Below, piece after piece: positions 63,703-64,000 of a stretch of DNA of 64,000 bases. The notes under the pieces are model-generated. The model saw nothing but the letters and a program-made list of their open reading frames with translations. It was not told the origin of the DNA and did no database searches. Source of the stretch: Octopus vulgaris (Eukaryota); assembly GCA_951406725.2 (NCBI GenBank), contig OX597823.1:102734001-102798000 (forward strand). Reading direction: 5' to 3'. The number at the start of each line of letters is the position of its first letter. Position 1 is the first letter of the stretch. The translations under genes were made by a program, and so were the position numbers.

Positions 63703-64000
63703 TTGTCTCCTCACCATCACTTGACAACTGATATTGGTGTGTTTACAACCCCTGTAACTTAGCAGTTCAGCAAAAGAGACCGATAGAATAAGTACTAAGC
63801 TTACAAAGAGTAAGTCTTGGGGTCGATTTGTTTGACTAAAGGCGGTGCTCCAGCATGGCCAAAAATAAAAGAGTATATAAATATAATTAAATATATATAT
63901 AAAATTAAAACAGGCTAAGTTTCATGAGGGTGAATGCTAAATATAAAAACTGTTGCTAAATTTGATAAAACCCCCAAGGATTAAAATCTACACTGAAATA

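Overview
AT-rich, repeat-dense eukaryotic genomic DNA. The SINE/LINE and microsatellite landscape looks like an octopus (coleoid cephalopod) genome; that assignment is inference. Only one intact protein-coding gene is evident: an intronless, divergent cytoplasmic poly(A)-binding protein (4 RRMs + MLLE) on the minus strand at 10832-12724, probably an old retrogene, with CRE and CCAAT motifs just upstream. The rest is mostly transposon-derived: tRNA-headed SINEs, RTE and Tx1/L1-like LINE fragments, non-autonomous Helitrons (some composite), mariner/Tc1/pogo remnants, MITEs, a solo LTR and three decayed Penelope-like elements (PLEs). The most unusual signal is a set of short, non-coding, mostly (TA)n-flanked elements, most of them inverted-duplicated, that carry minimal type I hammerhead ribozyme folds. 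One has a compensatory G3:C8 core (GUGAACA instead of CUGANGA) and another is fused to a tRNA-derived Pol III head. Together they suggest a PLE-dependent, retrozyme-like system. Coordinates of decayed repeats are approximate, and all structures were paired by eye.
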